A DNA stretch of 64,000 nt from Octopus bimaculoides (taxonomy: Eukaryota). The notes under the pieces are model-generated. The model did not search any database. It worked only from the letters and a program-made list of their open reading frames with translations, and was not told where the DNA came from. Shown piece by piece: positions 38,306 to 51,000 of the stretch. The first letter of the stretch is position 1. Each line of letters starts with the position of its first letter. The position numbers were made by a program, and so were the translations under genes. Location of the stretch: assembly GCF_001194135.2 (NCBI RefSeq), contig NC_068993.1:41837533-41901532 (forward strand), given 5' to 3'.

Positions 38306-39829
38306 TATGTATCAGTCTTTCAATTGGTACTGTGCGAGTATATTTATGCATTAGTCTTTCAACACTGGTGTAATATATTTGCGTTCCCGCACATAGCATA
38401 GCAGTTTGACAAAAAGACTGAGTGATAAAATAAGTATCAAGCTTTAAACGTTCATACTAAGATCAATTTGATTGACTAGACCTTTCCAGACCAGGCCACA
38501 GAAAGGCTAGAGTCCTATTACTAATACAAATTAAAGTGTAAATGAATAAATGCACAAGCATATATATATTTCCAACGGTACCATATTATTATATCACTTT
38601 GATGAAGAAATTTATCATATAGTTTAGAAAACTTTGAAAATTTTGTATGAAAGATATTCACTGACTTGTTACTTTGAAATTACTCCGAGATGTACGACTT
38701 CAAAAAAGTACGCATAGTTAAGTGCGGAAGGAAATGGAGACAGTATTCTCATTATCCTTATTTTCCAAGATGAGTTACAGGACGCCATGCCAGAAAATTG
38801 ATAGGGTTTCAACTTTCCCCTGTCTGTCTTTTAACATAAATGTAATTGAGTGACCTCTGTTAGAGTGTGTTAGTCTCCAAATTATGACTTTGATACTGCC
38901 TAGTGTGCAGCCTGATAGCAATATCCTGCAAATCCTCCCCTACACCGTGCAATAATTGAAGAGATGTGTGGCGTATGTCTATAAAATTCCTCTGGGCCTT
39001 CGTGTGAAACCTAATGTACATAGTATGAAAGCGATCTTAAAGTAACTTATTCATAGACCAGTTTTCAACGCCATAGGGTAGAGTGCTGTCAGCATTTAAT
39101 ATTCTTTAACATGCTTAATGTTGTGAGAAAAAAGGAAACAAGGGAAGGCAAATATATCTCTAAATTAAAGATCGAATGGAATACGCTTATAAGTTGTAAT
39201 AAAAGCGAAAACTACGTAAAATTATCACCTTACCAAAGATTGAACGTATTCACCACAGCACTCACCTTTTGTTATTTAGATTTCGCAATTATCTCCCTTG
39301 CTTCTCAAAACCAGTCTTTCTAATTTACACTAATAAATTCTCGTCTTTTGATTAGAAGTGTAATTTTAATTAATAAAAGAAAGTTTTCCATCACAACGTT
39401 AACTACGTTAGCCCCACCTTTACTATTTTTCTTTCACACGCAGAGAGCATCACAGGTGTTTTTTTTTTGTTTTGTTTTGTTTGTTTGTTTGTTTTTTGCC
39501 ACTGTTGATGTTTGCTTGATTAAATGTTCATCCAGAGATCACTAATTTCGTCCATATATTTTATTGACTAAAATAAATTTTGTTTTTTAAAGTAATTAAA
39601 TCAAACCGGAAATAAGTTAGATAGCTTCGTAAATTAAACACTATTATCTCCCTTGGTAGATGTTGGCAACAAGACGAGGATGATACGAGTATTGAATTAC
39701 AGAAATAATTTCTGTATTTTGTTATTTTTTTATTTCTATTTGCAATTATGTTACCTTAGCGTGCTTCAGTTTTAGTTGGTTAGGAAATCACTGTTTATCA
39801 ATTACATTTCGGAAAATGAGAAAAGAAAG

Positions 39830-39841
39830 TTGTTGTTGCTG

Positions 39842-39906
<65 letters not shown>

Positions 39907-40135
39907 TTCTTGTTGTCTGTGCACATTTGTTACGAATTAAGCACGACTGAAGTATTTTAGTTCGGAATCGAATGAAGGTTTTAATAAAAAAGGAAGGGTC
40001 GTAAAGCGTTCTTGTTTTCTCACCATCATAATCATCATCACTATCATGATCGTTGCCATCATCACTATCATCATCATCATCGTCATTATCATCATCGCCG
40101 TCATCGTCGTCGTCTTCGTCTTCGCCGCCGCCGAC
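39830..40135. repeat. (GTT)/(ATT)n and (CAT/CGT)n trinucleotide tracts
   Basis: Direct inspection. Confidence 0.9.
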
Positions 40136-40555
40136 GTCATTATTAGTAACATTATCAAATAGCAACAGTGAGAGTAACCATCACCGGTAGCAGAATAACA
40201 GCAGCTCGAACAATCATGACAACGGCTACAACAAACGCAACAGCAACAGCAACAGGCAGAACACTAACGACCACGGCAACAACAACAACAGCAAGACCAT
40301 CATCAGGTATCTCTTGTCTGGTTTATATTATAATCGCTTCAAGAATTTCTGAAATGTTTGTACTTTTTAAAATTATTTTTGCGTCTTCTCTTTATAATTG
40401 CGAGTTTGTTTTGGCCTACCGTGGCTACTCAAACATGGCCGCTGTTATTTACTTTAGCGACTTCATAATGATAAGAAGTAAAACGATCCTGGAGGGGATT
40501 TAAACTCCGAATGTATCGACGGATAAATGGACAGCAAATATTATTTTACCTCATT

Positions 40556-40606
40556 TCCTCCTCCTCCTCCTCCTCCTCCTCCTCCTCCTCCTTCTCCTAC
40601 TACTAT

Positions 40607-40700
<94 letters not shown>
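40556..40700. repeat. Compound (CCT)n(ACT)n(AAT)n microsatellite at the tail of a minus-strand SINE C (40700-40830)
   Basis: Direct inspection. The adjacent atttcaaattttggcac is the reverse complement of the SINE C tail. Confidence 0.85.
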
Positions 40701-40701
<1 letters not shown>

Positions 40702-41794
40702 GGATTTCAAATTTTGGCACTAGGACAGCAAGTTTGGGGGAGGGGATAAATCAATTACATCGACACTAGTAGTCGAAAGGGGCTTATTTTATCAACCCGA
40801 AAAAGTTAGGAGAAAACAAAGTCAACTCATCTGATTTATCCCGACCTTCGAAAAAATTTTTCACGACAAATTCCGATATAACTGGATTCTTCACAATCAG
40901 AAAGGATTTTTTACTGTGTAGAAAATTGCATTTAAACATATACATTTTCCTGAAAGTTGGGAGGAAACAAATCGGGAATGGGGACACACTAATGAAAGTA
41001 CACCCTAGTCAACTGCTGGTCAAGAGTGAGAGGATTGCTGCAGCATCTATGTTGGCTCACAACTACCTCCTAGACATGTAAAACTAGCGAATGTGTGGTA
41101 CAAGCTACCGAGTCATTCTTATTTACAAGTGACGGTTGCATTCAACAACATACTGGTGAACGATAAGGGACAATTCCCATATGTTCCTTTGTTTTTAATT
41201 CAAATTGTTTTGTCTATTATCTTTTCTGAGGTCGATAAAATAAGCACTGTGAGCTATTTTAATCGACCATAATTTCACCTACAATACTTGGCCTTCTCCG
41301 TATATTAAAAAGAACTTCATTGTTATTTTGTTGAAAGACAAGATAATTATAATAATTCTTTCTTCATATAAAGAAGAAAAAAAAAGTAAAATAATAATTC
41401 TAAAGAATTATTATTATCTTGTATTTCAGTTCGCCTGTGTTATTTTATTATATTTTATTATCTGTTTTCTTCCTTGCAACACAGGATTGTTATTGTCAGT
41501 TTTCTCTATTGGTCATGATTCTACAACATAGACTAAGTAATTGCGTATGTTTCTAGTTGAGCGTCTGTACGAGTCTACGTGCAACGTCTGCATCTATGTA
41601 TGTATGTTAGTGTGTATTAATCACGTGTGTGAAGTTTGTTATCCTCGTTTTATGAAGACCTGTATTTATTCTGGGTGAATTTGTCGTTCATTTTAATTGA
41701 GTTATTTTCTCGCCTTTGGAAAAGAATTTTCTCAAGTACACAGCTTCTTTCTACAAGAAATACAACTTTCTGTTTGCAACAAGCGACATATTAT

Positions 41795-42010
<216 letters not shown>

Positions 42011-42214
42011 TAATGCTACTGATGTCGTTGCAGCTGCTGTTATTCTTTCTGTAGTTATGTCTGTGAGCCTTTGATATGTGCAGAGTTTTGTTTTGGTTAT
42101 AGAATAATTTTAAAATCCTCGTTTGGTTATGCGTTTGCTTTCAATTTTGATATTTTTCAACGCACCTTGCGAACTGGCAGAATCATTACTGCGCCGGACA
42201 AAATGCTTAAGGAC

Positions 42215-42370
42215 ATTTCTTTCAGCTCTTTACGTCTTGAGCTTAAATTTCCCCGCGGTCGCCTTCTCCTTTCGTATATTTGGATACGGCACAATAACTC
42301 CCAGTTGAACTCTGGGATCGATGTAACCAACTAACTTTCTTTCACCAAATTTCAGGCCTCGTGCTTAGAA
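42215..42370 (+). mobile_element. SINE C copy followed by (GTT)n (42388-42450)
   Basis: tttacgtcttgagcttaaatttccccgcggtcgcc...tgggatcgatgtaaccaact...aaatttcaggcctcgtgc. Confidence 0.7.
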
Positions 42371-42412
42371 CAAATAAAATTCATCTTTAGTTGTTGTTGT
42401 TGTTGTTGTTGC

Positions 42413-42449
<37 letters not shown>

Positions 42450-42619
42450 GAAACTGCTTCCGTTTTCACCCCACTTCATTCTTATAATCTTCATTTTCAG
42501 TTGGTTACATAAGGATTACTTTAGTATTTCATTTAGAGATATCATATACTAAGACTGATTAAATACTAAGACTGATTATATACTAAGACTTCGAATACAA
42601 GACACTTCTTTTTACAGTA

Positions 42620-44580
42620 GATTTTGACAGCAATATCTGGTCCATTCGCCTTAATTTCCCATTTTGTGTGGACTGGTATATCCGACGCCATTGCTGCATT
42701 CTCATTCTGTAGCAAGTGTTATTGTGTATGTACATACCACTCACTTTCCTGCTTGTATTTCACAATGCTGCTATAACTTGCAGCATATTACTGCTCCAAT
42801 TCTGCCGAACGTGTAGTTGTATTCTTATTTGGCTAAGGTTGCGCTGCCAAATGCAGTATGACTCATAGATTCTTAGCCACCTCCAAATATTCTTCAATCA
42901 CTTAACGTATTTTCTTTTATCACATGCTTTTAGTGGCTTCCGGTAGGAATGCCTTTAATCCTGTGCCGCAATGAAGAATAGTTAAGTGACAGCTTTGAAA
43001 CCTGCGCTCTCAAACAAGTGTTGCGAATTTATTTTTGTCTACTTCCAACCTGTTCCGTATTTTTTTTGTTTCATTATTTAACCAAGCAGAAGCTTTTCAT
43101 GTTATCACTTTAGTATGGCATTCTGTAGCCCTAATTTTGGCTTAGTTTTTCGGTTTTTCACATTTTCCTAATGATTGTCATTTTAGCATCTGCTTTGTAT
43201 TTATTTGTTGGCTGGCTTGAAGAAAAAGAAATTTCCTTTACTTTGTTCATTTTGAGTCGCTAATTGCATTGGTTTTCCATTATTCTTCAGCAGATATTTT
43301 CTATTGTTACAGTGAATATTTTGTAATAGTTTTTCTAATTAGAGAAGGTCCTTGCATTCATGTATTCGAAATAAATATTATCGTTCTACGTCAGCTTCTT
43401 TAGATGATATATTCTAAATGCAGTCGTTATTTTTCTTTCTTTTTCTTTTTTGTTGAGTGATGCTAATTCGTTTAATATCCAGTTAAAATATTGGTTTCAA
43501 ATTTTGGCACAAGGCTGACGATTGTGGTTAAGAAGTTAAGTCAATTACATCAAACACAGTATCCAACTGGTTCTTATTTTACCGACACATAAAGGATAAG
43601 AAGTAAAGTTGACCACAGTAGAATTTGAAATCAGAACATAAAGACGGACGAAATTCCGCTAAGCATTTTACCCGGCATGTTAATCATTCTGCCAGCTCGT
43701 TGCTTTATATTCAATTAAAATATTACAACTATAAATTATTCCCCGGGTAGATTATCACTTTATTTCGTACATTTGGTTCAGTTTTTATTTCTCTCAACTT
43801 TTTTTTTTCAAGCGTGTGTTGAATATTATCTGATGCATTGATTTCAAAGAATTTCAATATTTGGGTTAGGTGTATTTAATTATCTCATATTTGTTTCTTA
43901 ATCTTTATGCTATTAGCCTTCTTTGGTAATTTTCCTACCCTCAAGATTGCCTTGATGTATTTTCCCAACCAGAATTTCTTATGAATTTCTTTCGTAAATC
44001 TGTGAAATATCTACGGATATGTTTCTAGCTGTTTCTTTCTTCAGTTTATAACTTGAAGCAGTCCCAAAACAAAAGGTGATTGATTGTACTACCATATCAT
44101 TTATAAACGAGCCCAGTTGTGTTTAAAATATCAATTAAATTTGTTAGCACCAGAAAAGGCGTAAAGTGACTGAGAAGGAGGCTGGTGTATATATTTCCAT
44201 GTCTTTGTGTGCATCTGCCGATTTCCTTTCCATGTTATTCAAGATACGTTTAGAATATATACTTGTTGCTGATGCTATTGTACTAATAGCCAGAATTTTC
44301 AGTATCCGCTTAGAATATATCGTCAAAATTTCTTGCTAGTCTATTTATACCTTACGCAGTTATTTCTCCTATACTGCAGCAACCGCCTTTGGGGCCAGAA
44401 GAAGTGTGCTTCCCGCAAGCTGGAAAACTCTGACCTCTTCAATAATGCTTATCTTTTCCCATCATCTCTGCTACATTGCATCTTCTGCCCTTCACTTTAA
44501 AGACTTTAGTGCAATATCTATCTTCTCTAAATGTAGAATCTTCTGAAACTCCATGTCTCCCATTTTCATTCGCCATTACT
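42620..44580 (-). mobile_element. Heavily decayed RTE-clade LINE, interrupted by a SINE C at 43490-43710
   Basis: Patchy motifs appear in the expected order on the minus strand: IALKSLK, TIAS..S.ILKRILNNMERK (cf. YRTIALISH.SKILL), LEYII-EADVE (cf. YAEYIMREA), MNKVR (cf. L.KVKEES). Many stops and frameshifts. Confidence 0.5.
43490..43710 (-). mobile_element. SINE C copy
   Basis: Reverse complement from aaagcaacgagctggcagaatgattaacatgccggg to ccttgtgccaaaatttgaaaccaatatt. Confidence 0.85.
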
Positions 44581-44829
44581 GCAAATATTGAAGAATTCAA
44601 ACGTTACAATAATTGGCACAATATTATTCAAATTACTTTAACAATCCAATGATGATGTACATCTCGAAACTGCTTCTTCTAATAGCATTATTAACAGCTA
44701 CAATAATTAATAATGACTGGTGTTTATCGTGATATGAATGTCTACAAGTAGTGTTATATGCAAAACGTAGAAGACTTTATTATTTATAGATTTGGGTTTA
44801 GTCATACATTTTCAGCACAAATAAAACGT

Positions 44830-45050
44830 CTACTGAGCTGGCAGTTATTAGAGCTTCCAAATAAATGCTTTGCGGTGTTTCTTTTTGACTCTTTACGTTC
44901 TGTGCTCAAGTCCTGTCAAGCAAGATGACCTTGAGCTTTCATCCTTCTGGAAGTTGATAAAATAAAGTACTAGTCATACTACTGAATCGATGGTATCGAC
45001 TTAACTCTCCCACTCACAACTGCTAATTTGTGCCTAAATTTGCAGCAGTG
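44830..45050 (+). mobile_element. SINE C copy
   Basis: gagctggcagttattagagc...tttacgttctgtgctcaagtcc...gctttcatccttctggaagttgataaaataaagtac. Confidence 0.75.
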
Positions 45051-45329
45051 ATTCATGAGAACAAGTCTGACGGCCAAGGTCAGCGGAACAGAATTAACAC
45101 CTGTGAATCTTTTTGTTGAATCTTCAAGTTTAGTGGGAAACAAGGAGGAAGAAAAAGGAATCCATAGGTTCCTGTTACAAAAAGTAGCCTCTCATCTGTT
45201 TACTTTTAGACCAGAGGTATGGTCCAAATACTGACAACAGAGTCAAACTGCGAAAGATCACATAGCGGTATTGAACTTCGTAACGAATTAAATGCACTGC
45301 TTGGGGACTGGTAGAGTATCTTTGTCAAG

Positions 45330-45485
45330 CTTTTTACACTTACCCACTGCATAATATCACTCACATGGCTTGAGTCAACTCGAAAGTGAGGGAAAGCACT
45401 TGTTCAATGTGCCGCACTGTAGAGTCAATCCGAAGTCGTACAACTACTATGCGAACTTCTTAAACACACGGCCATATACATGCCC
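45330..45485 (-). mobile_element. Diverged SINE family A
   Basis: actcacatggcttgagtcaactcg...agcacttgttcaatgtgccgcactgtagagtcaatcc...gaacttcttaaacacacggccat. Confidence 0.6.
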
Positions 45486-46836
45486 AAGGCCTTACTACTA
45501 GTATTTGAAGAAGTAAAGGAATTTGTGAAGGATATCGATGCATGCTCATTTTCCCTAAAATTGCTACATGGGAATTTTATCACAGAAGTGTTTAATACAA
45601 ACAATAATCTCACAATAAAGGTTTCTGAGTTCGGCATTGATGTTTACGATTACAGAATACATTCATAATCAACATAAGAACGGTGGTAGACTCTGAGGAT
45701 TAATATGACAGCTAGAGAGATGTACAAGCCATGATTCTCTGCGATACTTATTATGTAAGTCTAACATCAATATCTCCCGGAACTATGAAGGAAAGAAAAT
45801 AAACAAACACAATCTTATTACCGACTTGCTTTTGAGGATATCAAATTATTAGAACAAAGATACCAAAATATATTATTATGTTAGTGACATGCTTAAATTA
45901 AGCTGATCAGACTATTCACTGAATAGGTCTTCGTTTAGAATAATATGATAAAGTTGCCAGATTACTGATGATAAAAGATAACACTATGGATTCATTCCAA
46001 AATGTAACATTTTCGCTCAAAGACATTAAAAAAAATATTCACCGTGTTATTGATTAATTCACTCAAACAAAGAACGCCCTGTTCTATTCCGGACAATCAG
46101 GTTTCTTCATCTACTTTGAAAGATTGGCAAGCTGAAAAATGTTTGCATTTCAAACAATTCTCTCGATCGGTAATATGGAAAAATGAAGATGATAAAAACA
46201 GAGAGATAGAAAAAAAATTAGAAAGAAGTGAACTAGTTTATAATGGTAGGGGTTCAGGGAAGAATAGGAAATAATAGGACGAAAAGGAGTGATTTAGGTA
46301 AAAAGAAAAAGAAAAGGAAGAATAACAGATAGGTTTGGAAAAATAGGAAAGAATATAAAAGTTAAAAGAAAAAAAGACTTGTTTTCTTAATTTAGTAAAT
46401 GTGCAGTAGTCTTCATAGAAGCAATATTTTCTTCTCCACTCTACATGATGTACACACATAAAAACGCTCCCACGTNNNNNNNNNNNNNNNNNNNNNNNNN
46501 NNNNNNNNNNNNNNNNNNNNNNNNNNNNNNNNNNNNNNNNNNNNNNNNNNNNNNNNNNNNNNNNNNNNNNNNNNNNNNNNNNNNNNNNNNNNNNNNNNNN
46601 NNNNNNNNNNNNNNNNNNNNNNNNNNNNNNNNNNNNNNNNNNNNNNNNNNNNNNNNNNNNNNNNNNNNNNNNNNNNNNNNNNNNNNNNNNNNNNNNNNNN
46701 NNNNNNNNNNNNNNNNNNNNNNNNNNNNNNNNNNNNNNNNNNNNNNNNNNNNNNNNNNNNNNNNNNNNNNNNNNNNNNNNNNNNNTATATATATATGTAT
46801 ATATATATATACATATATATACATATATACATACAC

Positions 46837-46871
<35 letters not shown>

Positions 46872-46924
46872 CATATATATATTTATTTATATATATATAA
46901 CGTGGATGAGGGGAAAATAGACAA

Positions 46925-46964
<40 letters not shown>

Positions 46965-48167
46965 GCAGGCATACATGCATATTTACATACATTAACACAT
47001 GTACACATACGTGCTGGGACACGACAATATATATTTAAACTAATAAAAATCTGTTTACAAAATCTTGTAAAATACAACCATCCAATTACATGTGCATTTG
47101 TTTTATGATGATTTATAAACTAATGTAGTTTTCGTTGATTGTTATTTCTATATCTCTGTCCCAGTTATTTCTTCTGTCGATTCTTTGCACATCTTTGGAA
47201 ACAATTATCTTACATATCCTTGGGATTGTTCCAAAGTATTCTATTTCTGATCTAGCTGTTCAAGGCTCATTTTTCCTCATACGACGCAATCGAAATAATT
47301 AAATGTCAATTATGCTGAAATTTAAGCTTAATTCAATAATGAAAACTGCGTTATGTAGGCTCCTACTGCATTTTCTAATTAAGTTATCAACACTCTATCT
47401 ATTATCTCATTGATTTACTTTTTCCAGTGTCATTCTTTGTCTACAATATAGTTCTTCGATTATAATGGGAAAAATATTTCTATAGTTGCATGTAATTTCC
47501 GTCTCCCTAGCAGATATATTCTGCTGCTGCTTGTGTTGTTGACCTCATATCAAAGTCTTCTGACGTTCTTAGATTCTGATCTTTAAGAGGTCACCCACCT
47601 TCCACCTTCTCTAAGTTCTTCTATGTATCCACTCGTTGGTATAAATGCAATTCTTTAAATCGCCAATCTTTTGCATAAGTTTTATTCAGATATGACATCT
47701 ATAGAGCGCAGAGGTATTCAAGAACACTTGTTTAACGTTAAAACGCCTATAGTTATTTTATATGTTAGTCGGTGTCAAGGAGCGTGCAAGCACTGTAGAG
47801 AAGCGCCTAGCTGAAAAGAGAACAATGCCAAACAATTAGCTGACAATAAGGCATTGTAGGTTTCATAGATCCTGACTGCCTGAAAATGCTGTTTTCTGAT
47901 TGGTCAATTTATGATTCTTTAGCTCTCTTCCCGAACGTGGCAAGAACGATCCATAATTATTTAAAATATACAATAGTTTTCACTGCAGAACACGCATTTC
48001 CTCTGTACACAGCTTGATAAATAGGTGTGCTTCTCTAAGAGAAATAGAGATTGACATACTCATGCAAGCTGCTAATGTTGAGAACGAGTCGAGAACATAA
48101 CAACCAGAAAGCACTGTGCATCGCTTTTATATACCGCACAAAAATATATAGAAATATATACATGCTC

Positions 48168-48390
48168 TAAGGCGGAGAGCTGGCAGAATTATCAGCACCC
48201 TGGGCAGAATGCTTTGCGACATTTATTTCGTCTATCTTCGTGTTCTGAGTTCAAATTTCGCCGAGGTACTCTTCGCTATCATCCTTTCAGGGTCGATAAA
48301 ATAAGTATCAGTTGAGCGCTGAGGTCCATGTAATCGACTATCCGCTCCCCACCCAAATTTCAGGCCTTGTGTCTATCGTAGAAAGGAATA
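48168..48390 (+). mobile_element. Full-length SINE C (type-2 tail)
   Basis: taaggcggagagctggcagaattatcagcaccc...gttctgagttcaaatttcgccgagg...catcctttcagggtcgataaaataagtatcag...aaatttcaggccttgtgtctatcgtagaaagga. Confidence 0.9.
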
Positions 48391-48473
48391 TATAATACAT
48401 ACACACCCTTTCTCAATAAACTTGACTTTTATATTAATTTTACATCACATAATATTTGAACAACATGAAATAT

Positions 48474-48632
48474 AGTTCTATATTTAAGAGATGAGGAATT
48501 ATGTACATTATATACATTATTTACATTATTTACATTTGACGGATATTTGTCCTCATCTTGTTTGTGTTAACAACAAACAAGATGAGGGCAAATATTCGTC
48601 AAATGTAAATAATGTAAATTATGTAAATAATG
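48474..48632. repeat. Foldback inverted repeat (~59-bp stem, 9-nt loop) derived from the 3' part of the family D hammerhead element
   Basis: Arms ~48506-48564 and 48574-48632 differ at 4 of 59 positions. The sequence matches 6675-6718 (minus strand). Confidence 0.85.
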
Positions 48633-48794
48633 AATATAAAATATATTACATTATTACAGTATACGCGCGCGCGCGTGTATGCGTATGTATGTGCGTGCGT
48701 GTGTGTATATATGCATATGCATGTAGAAATATATATGTACACATTTATAAATATATCTATCTGTCTGTCTGTTTCATTCTCTCTCTTTCCTGAC

Positions 48795-48960
48795 AACCGA
48801 TGCTGGTTCTCGTAACCTAGCACTTCGGCAAAAAGAGACCGATTGTGTATGTACTAGGCTTACAAAGAATAGGTCCTGGGGTCGGTTTCTTCGACTAAAA
48901 CCCTTTAAAGCTGTGCTCCAGCATAGCCGCAGTCAAATAACTGAAAGAAGTAAAAAGTAA
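48795..48960 (+). mobile_element. B half of SINE AB
   Basis: gacaaccgatgctgg...ttcggcaaaaagagaccgat...gtcctggggtcggtttcttcgactaaaacc...gtgctccagcatagccgcagtcaaataactgaaagaagtaaaaag. Confidence 0.85.
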
Positions 48961-49081
48961 TAGAGGTACACATGCATATACAAACGCGTTTATGCGTAGT
49001 CTTATAAGAATACTTATACCGTGTAAGGTACATATTTCATCATTTTTGATAAAGAGTTAATGTTCCACAAATACTTCGAAG

Positions 49082-49359
49082 CAGTGGTTCCCAAAGTGGG
49101 TGGTACTGCCCCCCCCTGGAGGCAGTGGAAAATTCCAGGGGGTGGGGTGATAATGGGATAGCCAAAGGGGGGCGATTGATGCAAAAACAACAAAATAATA
49201 GGTTAATTAGTTTAGGATTTATTTGTGAAATGCAGTGGCTTTGAATTTGCTTCAGAAACAGGTCTATATTTGTGGTGGAAAGTTAGTGGCGTGGGGGCCC
49301 CTAGGAAAGTGGCCTGGGTGCCAAGGAGGCGGCAGCCCGAAAATGTTTGGGAACCACTG
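49082..49359. mobile_element. hAT (Charlie/SPIN-like) MITE, 278 bp
   Basis: Perfect 14-bp TIR CAGTGGTTCCCAAA / TTTGGGAACCACTG. 8-bp TSD CTTCGAAG / CTTTAAAG (6 of 8 identical). Confidence 0.88.
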
Positions 49360-50489
49360 CTTTAAAGTTTTATGCGAAACCATTAGTTTTTTTATGTCTT
49401 AGTTTTTGTATGTCTTCCATAAAAGGAGATGCAACCGGATGTCAGAGTTAAAACCGTTCTTTATTGTTTGTTAGTAAGGTTGTTTGTTATTAGTCAAAGG
49501 ATATCAAGGAGATCAATCTCGGTTAAGTAGCATATTTAGCATGAAGACAGGTTATTTCACCGTAAACGTTATCATGAAGTGTCTGAATGTCTCAAATTTA
49601 CCAAAGTTGTATAATGTGGTTCAGGATATTCCACCGACGAAAAATTCTCGAGAAAGAATATCTTCTTGAAATGCTAGTCTGATAACATCTCAAATTTTTT
49701 TCTATCTGATCTTATTTTATCAAGTAGAAACACAAATTTCGTGATCTTTCTAGTCTTAAAAGATCTTTGTCCAAAACGATAGCCTTCTTTCTTTCATGCT
49801 AGTTGGAATAAATTCCATCACTTTAACAAGAATTGTTCTTAGAAAATCGACCAGTGTTAAACTGAAGATAATTAATGATAACCCTTGAATTTTAAGAATA
49901 TTTTTCTTATTCCATCATAAGCACGTTAATTAAAAAAAAAACGGAATAATTGTAAATTCATACTGTATTGCTGCAAGAGAATACGATGAAATTTCAGATT
50001 TAATCCTGCATTACACGAGTCATCGAATTTAGTTCCATTTAAGCATTTATTTGGAAAACAACCATACATCTTATATTAGAAAGATTAAATTATGATACGA
50101 ACACCAGTCTTCAATTTTTTTCTCTCAAAAGGATTCTTCTTAACCTTTTTATTATTTATAGCTATATGTGCTTCGAGATCTACTATTTCAAAACATATTT
50201 AATTTTTGATAATTTAAAACTTACCACTAAAAATTGAAAATATTCCTTTCATACACAAAACACAAAAATACAAGAACAAACTTGTATGATATTATTCAAC
50301 ACCAAATACAAATAGTTTAATTATATATACATTTATATTCATAATATATTAATCAATTTATATTTACTCAGCCATTTAAATAAACACATAAGAAATTAAT
50401 CTATAAAACGTCATTGAAAACTGACAGGTTTCTATTGATTATTTTATTATTTATTTTGAAATCATTCATGCATCTATATATATTCATCA

Positions 50490-51000
50490 CCCACTCATTC
50501 ATGTGGGAGATCTGAGAGAAGAATACTTGGACAGCCGCTCCATAGGGTCTTGTCAAACGCAGTCATCAGCAAATGCTCTACCTGGATCCACAAGCAATAC
50601 CAACAGAGGCTAAGGATATTATCGAACCATTTCCATTGAGGTCTACTCCTAGGTCACCCTTTTATTGGCCTTGCCTGTAAACTCTGTCCTGAGGCACATT
50701 GGTCCCATGCCCGCAATTTCGGATCGGAGCTATGACTGCTCAATGCGGGGAAGTAATGACTCACCTTGAAGCAATTCATTGATCTCTGAGTTACGTACCC
50801 TATCGAGGAACATAAGACCGATACTTAAAATCCTAGGTCAGCTTGCCTCGATATATATAATGAATCAGTTTCATGACATGTCAGCAAAGGAGGCTTTCCT
50901 TTTTAATTGCTGTTCTCCGACCAGCCAACTAAAGGGAAATTTATCGGCAACTTCTGGTAGACAGTACGATGTTCATCTTGTCGGCAAACAGTAGCAAATC
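50490..51000 (-). mobile_element. RTE-clade LINE 3' fragment (internally deleted)
   Basis: LLLFADK (cf. LLFADD), PRIEQS*LR..GHG..VPQDR, G*PRSRPQWKWFDNI (cf. RGRP..RW.DNI), then a TGAA/ATGA-type simple-repeat tail near 50460-50500. Confidence 0.7.

Noticed and set aside
47750-48130. Possible DNA transposon terminal region (ctgattggtcaa motif)
   Set aside because: No TIR pair, TSD or coding motif was found.
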